DNA of 64,000 nucleotides, from the NCBI GenBank assembly GCA_038239145.1, contig JBBSFB010000004.1, positions 19,563-83,562 of the forward strand, in the 5' to 3' direction. Under the pieces are notes generated by a model, which saw nothing but the letters and a program-made list of their open reading frames with translations, was not told the origin of the DNA and searched no databases. The first letter of the stretch is position 1; each line of letters begins with the position of its first letter. Positions 61,552 through 64,000 of this stretch are shown one piece after another. The DNA comes from Acidimicrobiia bacterium (lineage in GTDB: Bacteria > Actinomycetota > Acidimicrobiia > IMCC26256 > PALSA-610). Position numbers and translations under genes: made by a program.

Positions 61552-62228
61552 GACGTCACCTTCTGGTAGTCGCGCGGCCCCTCGACGACCTCGAGTTGCA
61601 GCGCCTGCGTGAAACAGGAGTTGAGACGCGGCGTGCTCTCTCGCACGTAGTCGTCCATGTTGGTCGTGATCGGCGTGATGGCGTTGCTCGCCGGATAGAT
61701 GAACTGCACGCGCGCGTTCGGGTCGGTCGATGTTGCCAGCGCGGCGAGGGAATCGGCGTACGTGACGCGCGCGTCGATCATGCGGGCCCAGTCCTTCGTC
61801 CAGCCCGCGAGCCCGGCCGCCTGCGTCGACGACTTCGGGTGCACCGTCACGATCTGGGCCACCATCGCCCGCAGGAGCACGTTCTCGGCGCGGATGCGGG
61901 TCGCGCGCTCGGTGCCGTTCCCGCGGGGGTCCGGATCGGGGAGGTCTTTCAACTTCGTTTGGGCCTGGTCACACGCGGCGGAGACCGCCGCCGCCGAGGT
62001 GGTGTCGACCTTCTCCGGCGATTTCGAGCCGACGAGGGTCCACCCGAGGATGATCCCGATACAGAGGATCAACACGAACAGCGTGAGGATGATGAATTCC
62101 CACGGCGCGTGCTTGCGTTTCGACCGAGGCTCGGGGTCGTAGTGCACGGCGCCGTTCGAGTGCGGGCCCTCGAATGTCGGCGGTGCCGGCGCATCCGCGG
62201 CTATCGGCTCCAGGGGCTCGTCGGGCAC
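61548..62228 (-). CDS. Single-pass membrane-anchored hypothetical protein
   Basis: 226 aa. A Pro-rich N-terminus is followed by a TM (WEFIILTLFVLILCIGIILGW) and then a ~150-aa extracytoplasmic domain. No family recognised. Confidence 0.6.
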   Translation of the reverse strand: MPDEPLEPIAADAPAPPTFEGPHSNGAVHYDPEPRSKRKHAPWEFIILTLFVLILCIGIILGWTLVGSKSPEKVDTTSAAAVSAACDQAQTKLKDLPDPDPRGNGTERATRIRAENVLLRAMVAQIVTVHPKSSTQAAGLAGWTKDWARMIDARVTYADSLAALATSTDPNARVQFIYPASNAITPITTNMDDYVRESTPRLNSCFTQALQLEVVEGPRDYQKVTS

Positions 62229-62310
62229 TGCTGCATCCTCGCTTCACACCCGCCCCATTGGCGAACCGAAGCCCCCAAAACCCCACCAACTGTGGTGCGA
62301 CTTTTCGGGG

Positions 62311-62799
62311 TCAGGTGAGGTCGAGGAGCATGGTCAGGGCGGTGCCGTGGTCCTTGACGACCTCGAAACCGTTGCGCACGTACAGGCGCTTGGCCGGATT
62401 CGCGGGATTGACGCTCAGGCTGATGGCAGACACCCGGTCGCGCTCGGCCCGGGCGATCAGCGAACCGAGGAGCAACGTGCCGACGCGCTGGCCCCGGAAT
62501 TCCGGAAACACACCGATCGCGAGCTCGGGCACGTCATCGGCGACGTATCCGTACCCGGGCAGCTCCGCGGTGAACAAACGCAACCAGGCGGCCCCGATCG
62601 GTTCGTCACGCCGATCGAGCGCGTACAACGCGAAGTCGCCGGTGCGACCCCAGTCGGTCACGTAGCGGGCGTTCTCCGGTACGGCCATGACGCTCTCGAG
62701 CGCCGGTCGCTCCTCTGCCCCGTCGTCGTGCCAGTTCACCGCTTCGTAGAGCATCTCGGCGAGGAACGCGGGATCTGCATGCGCGCTGAGCCGGAACAC
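62311..62799 (-). CDS. GNAT-family N-acetyltransferase
   Basis: 162 aa with the acetyl-CoA binding segment FPEFRGQRVGTLLL and YVRNGFEVV. Confidence 0.85.
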   Translation of the reverse strand: MFRLSAHADPAFLAEMLYEAVNWHDDGAEERPALESVMAVPENARYVTDWGRTGDFALYALDRRDEPIGAAWLRLFTAELPGYGYVADDVPELAIGVFPEFRGQRVGTLLLGSLIARAERDRVSAISLSVNPANPAKRLYVRNGFEVVKDHGTALTMLLDLT

Positions 62800-62820
62800 G
62801 CCACCAGCCTAGGGTGAGGT

Positions 62821-64000
62821 ATGGGTCGGCGAGGGTCCGTCGCGGTCGTCGTCGTACTCCTCGCCGTTGTCGCCGGCGCGTGTGCGGGGAGTGGACCGGT
62901 CGTTGCGCTCCGCAACGAGCGCACAGGCACGATCGCGTGGTCGCCCTGCACCGAGATCGAGTGCGCGACCCTGTCCGTCCCGCTCGACTTCCGCAAGCCC
63001 GACGGCACCCGCATCGGCATCGCCCTCGCGCGCCTCCCGGCCCGCAAGAAACAACCGCTCGGGGTCATCTTCACGAATCCCGGCGGCCCGGGTGGCTCGG
63101 GTGTCGACTTCCTGCGCGAAGCCGACAGCTTCTTTCCCGCGATAATCCGCGACTCGTTCGACCTGGTGTCGTGGGATCCGCGCGGGGTCGGGGCCAGCGC
63201 GCCGATCCAGTGCGGCACCGAGCTCGACTCGTTCTACGCCGTCGACCATGATCCGCAGACCCCCGCTGCGGTGGCGCAGAACGTGGCCGCGTCCCGGGCC
63301 CTCGTCGCCACGTGTGCGAAGAACAGCGGCGCCGTCCTCCCGTTCGTCTCCACGCAGGCCACCGTCCACGACATGGACGCGATCCGGGCTGCGATGGGTG
63401 TCGCCAAGATCAACTACGTGGGTTTCTCCTACGGCACGCTGATCGGCGCGGTCTACGCCGACATGTACCCGACCCACGTGCGGGCGATGGTGCTCGACGG
63501 CGCCGTAGACCCAGCCCGCACGTCGGCCGCCAGCACGGTCGACCAGGCCAAGAGCTTCGATGCCGACCTCGACGCCTTCTTCGCTCACTGCCGGACCGAC
63601 ACCAAATGTTCGTTCGCGCACGGCGGCGATCCCGCGACCGCGTACACCGATCTCGCGCACACGGTCGAGCAGGAACCGATCCCGGCCGTGGTCAAAGGTG
63701 AGCACCGCACCCTCGGGTCGGGGGAGTTCGACCTCGGCGTCGCGAGCGCGCTGTATTCCGGCGCCGACGGCTACGACGATCTCGCGTCCGCACTCGCGCA
63801 GGCAGCCCGCGGCGTCGGCGACCAGATGCTCGCGCTCACCGATGCGTACACCGGCCGTACGACGGGAGGGAAGTACTCGAACGAGACGGCCGGACTCTAC
63901 GCGGTTGGCTGCATCGACTCGCCGAACCCGACCACGACCGCGGCGGTGCAAGAGCTCGCGAACAGTACGGCCAAGGTTGCGCCGCACTTCGGTGCGTCGA
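62821..64000 (+). CDS. Secreted alpha/beta hydrolase (tripeptidyl-aminopeptidase/TAP-like), 3' end outside the window
   Basis: This ORF is not in the supplied track because the frame stays open to the window edge. My translation from the ATG at 62821 is MGRRGSVAVVVVLLAVVAGACAGSG... (signal or possible lipoprotein), with FTNPGGPGGSG, WDPRGVG and the nucleophile elbow VGFSYGT. The antisense ORF 62809-63987 is rejected. Confidence 0.8.
   Translation, partial: MGRRGSVAVVVVLLAVVAGACAGSGPVVALRNERTGTIAWSPCTEIECATLSVPLDFRKPDGTRIGIALARLPARKKQPLGVIFTNPGGPGGSGVDFLREADSFFPAIIRDSFDLVSWDPRGVGASAPIQCGTELDSFYAVDHDPQTPAAVAQNVAASRALVATCAKNSGAVLPFVSTQATVHDMDAIRAAMGVAKINYVGFSYGTLIGAVYADMYPTHVRAMVLDGAVDPARTSAASTVDQAKSFDADLDAFFAHCRTDTKCSFAHGGDPATAYTDLAHTVEQEPIPAVVKGEHRTLGSGEFDLGVASALYSGADGYDDLASALAQAARGVGDQMLALTDAYTGRTTGGKYSNETAGLYAVGCIDSPNPTTTAAVQELANSTAKVAPHFGAS

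Noticed and set aside
62809-63987. 392-aa minus-strand ORF at the right edge.
   Set aside because: The plus-strand frame from the ATG at 62821 gives a signal peptide and alpha/beta-hydrolase motifs (GFSYGT). It is absent from the track only because it runs off the window. The minus ORF is its shadow.
1-64000. Search by eye for rRNA, tRNA, tmRNA, transposase/integrase genes, inverted-repeat-bounded insertions, toxin-antitoxin pairs, and known defence genes or RiPP/NRPS/PKS clusters.
   Set aside because: None was found. All intergenic gaps are at most 326 bp, no cloverleaf-like or IS-like sequence was recognised, and gene content is metabolic or housekeeping. Systematic tools (tRNAscan-SE, Infernal, ISEScan, DefenseFinder, antiSMASH) would be needed to confirm the absence.

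Overview
This is a very high-G+C, gene-dense chromosomal segment. It looks like an Actinomycetota genome: F420-type luciferase-like (LLM) oxidoreductases, a Ku/LigD-Pol NHEJ pair, a HelD-type helicase, TetR and SufR-like regulators, and many ATGA/GTGA/TAGTG translationally coupled junctions. All family names come from reading the translations and recognising motifs; no database search was possible.

I support about 60 protein-coding genes, two of them apparently frameshifted. I also report several hairpins and short tandem repeats. I saw no rRNA, tRNA, CRISPR array, transposase, integrase or prophage structural genes.

Functionally the window is dominated by acyl-CoA and lipid-type catabolism:
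- 2 acyl-CoA dehydrogenases, 4 enoyl-CoA hydratases, 3 acyl-CoA synthetases and a thiolase
- a MaoC-like dehydratase, 4 SDRs, 4 LLM oxidoreductases and 2 aldehyde dehydrogenases

Other content includes a gamma-glutamylation pair (GS-like plus PuuD-like) and housekeeping genes (gpmA, tag).

I do not see a canonical defence, mobile or biosynthetic island. The items most worth a second look are:
1. A TetR-led Liv-type ABC operon in which both ATPases are fused to a complete MFS permease domain.
2. A YceH(DUF480)-aldehyde dehydrogenase fusion.
3. A Rieske protein with a large uncharacterised C-terminal domain, divergent from a SufR-like Cys-rich regulator, with a CAAG-N6-GTTG site between them.
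4. Two tandem arrays of palindromic stop-codon motifs (CTAG x3, CTGATCAG x3). Their periods place a stop in all three frames on both strands.
5. Two genes with multiple frame switches, each placed to within 10-20 nt; short homopolymer runs sit at or near most of them.

Many long ORFs in the supplied track are high-GC shadow ORFs and were rejected.
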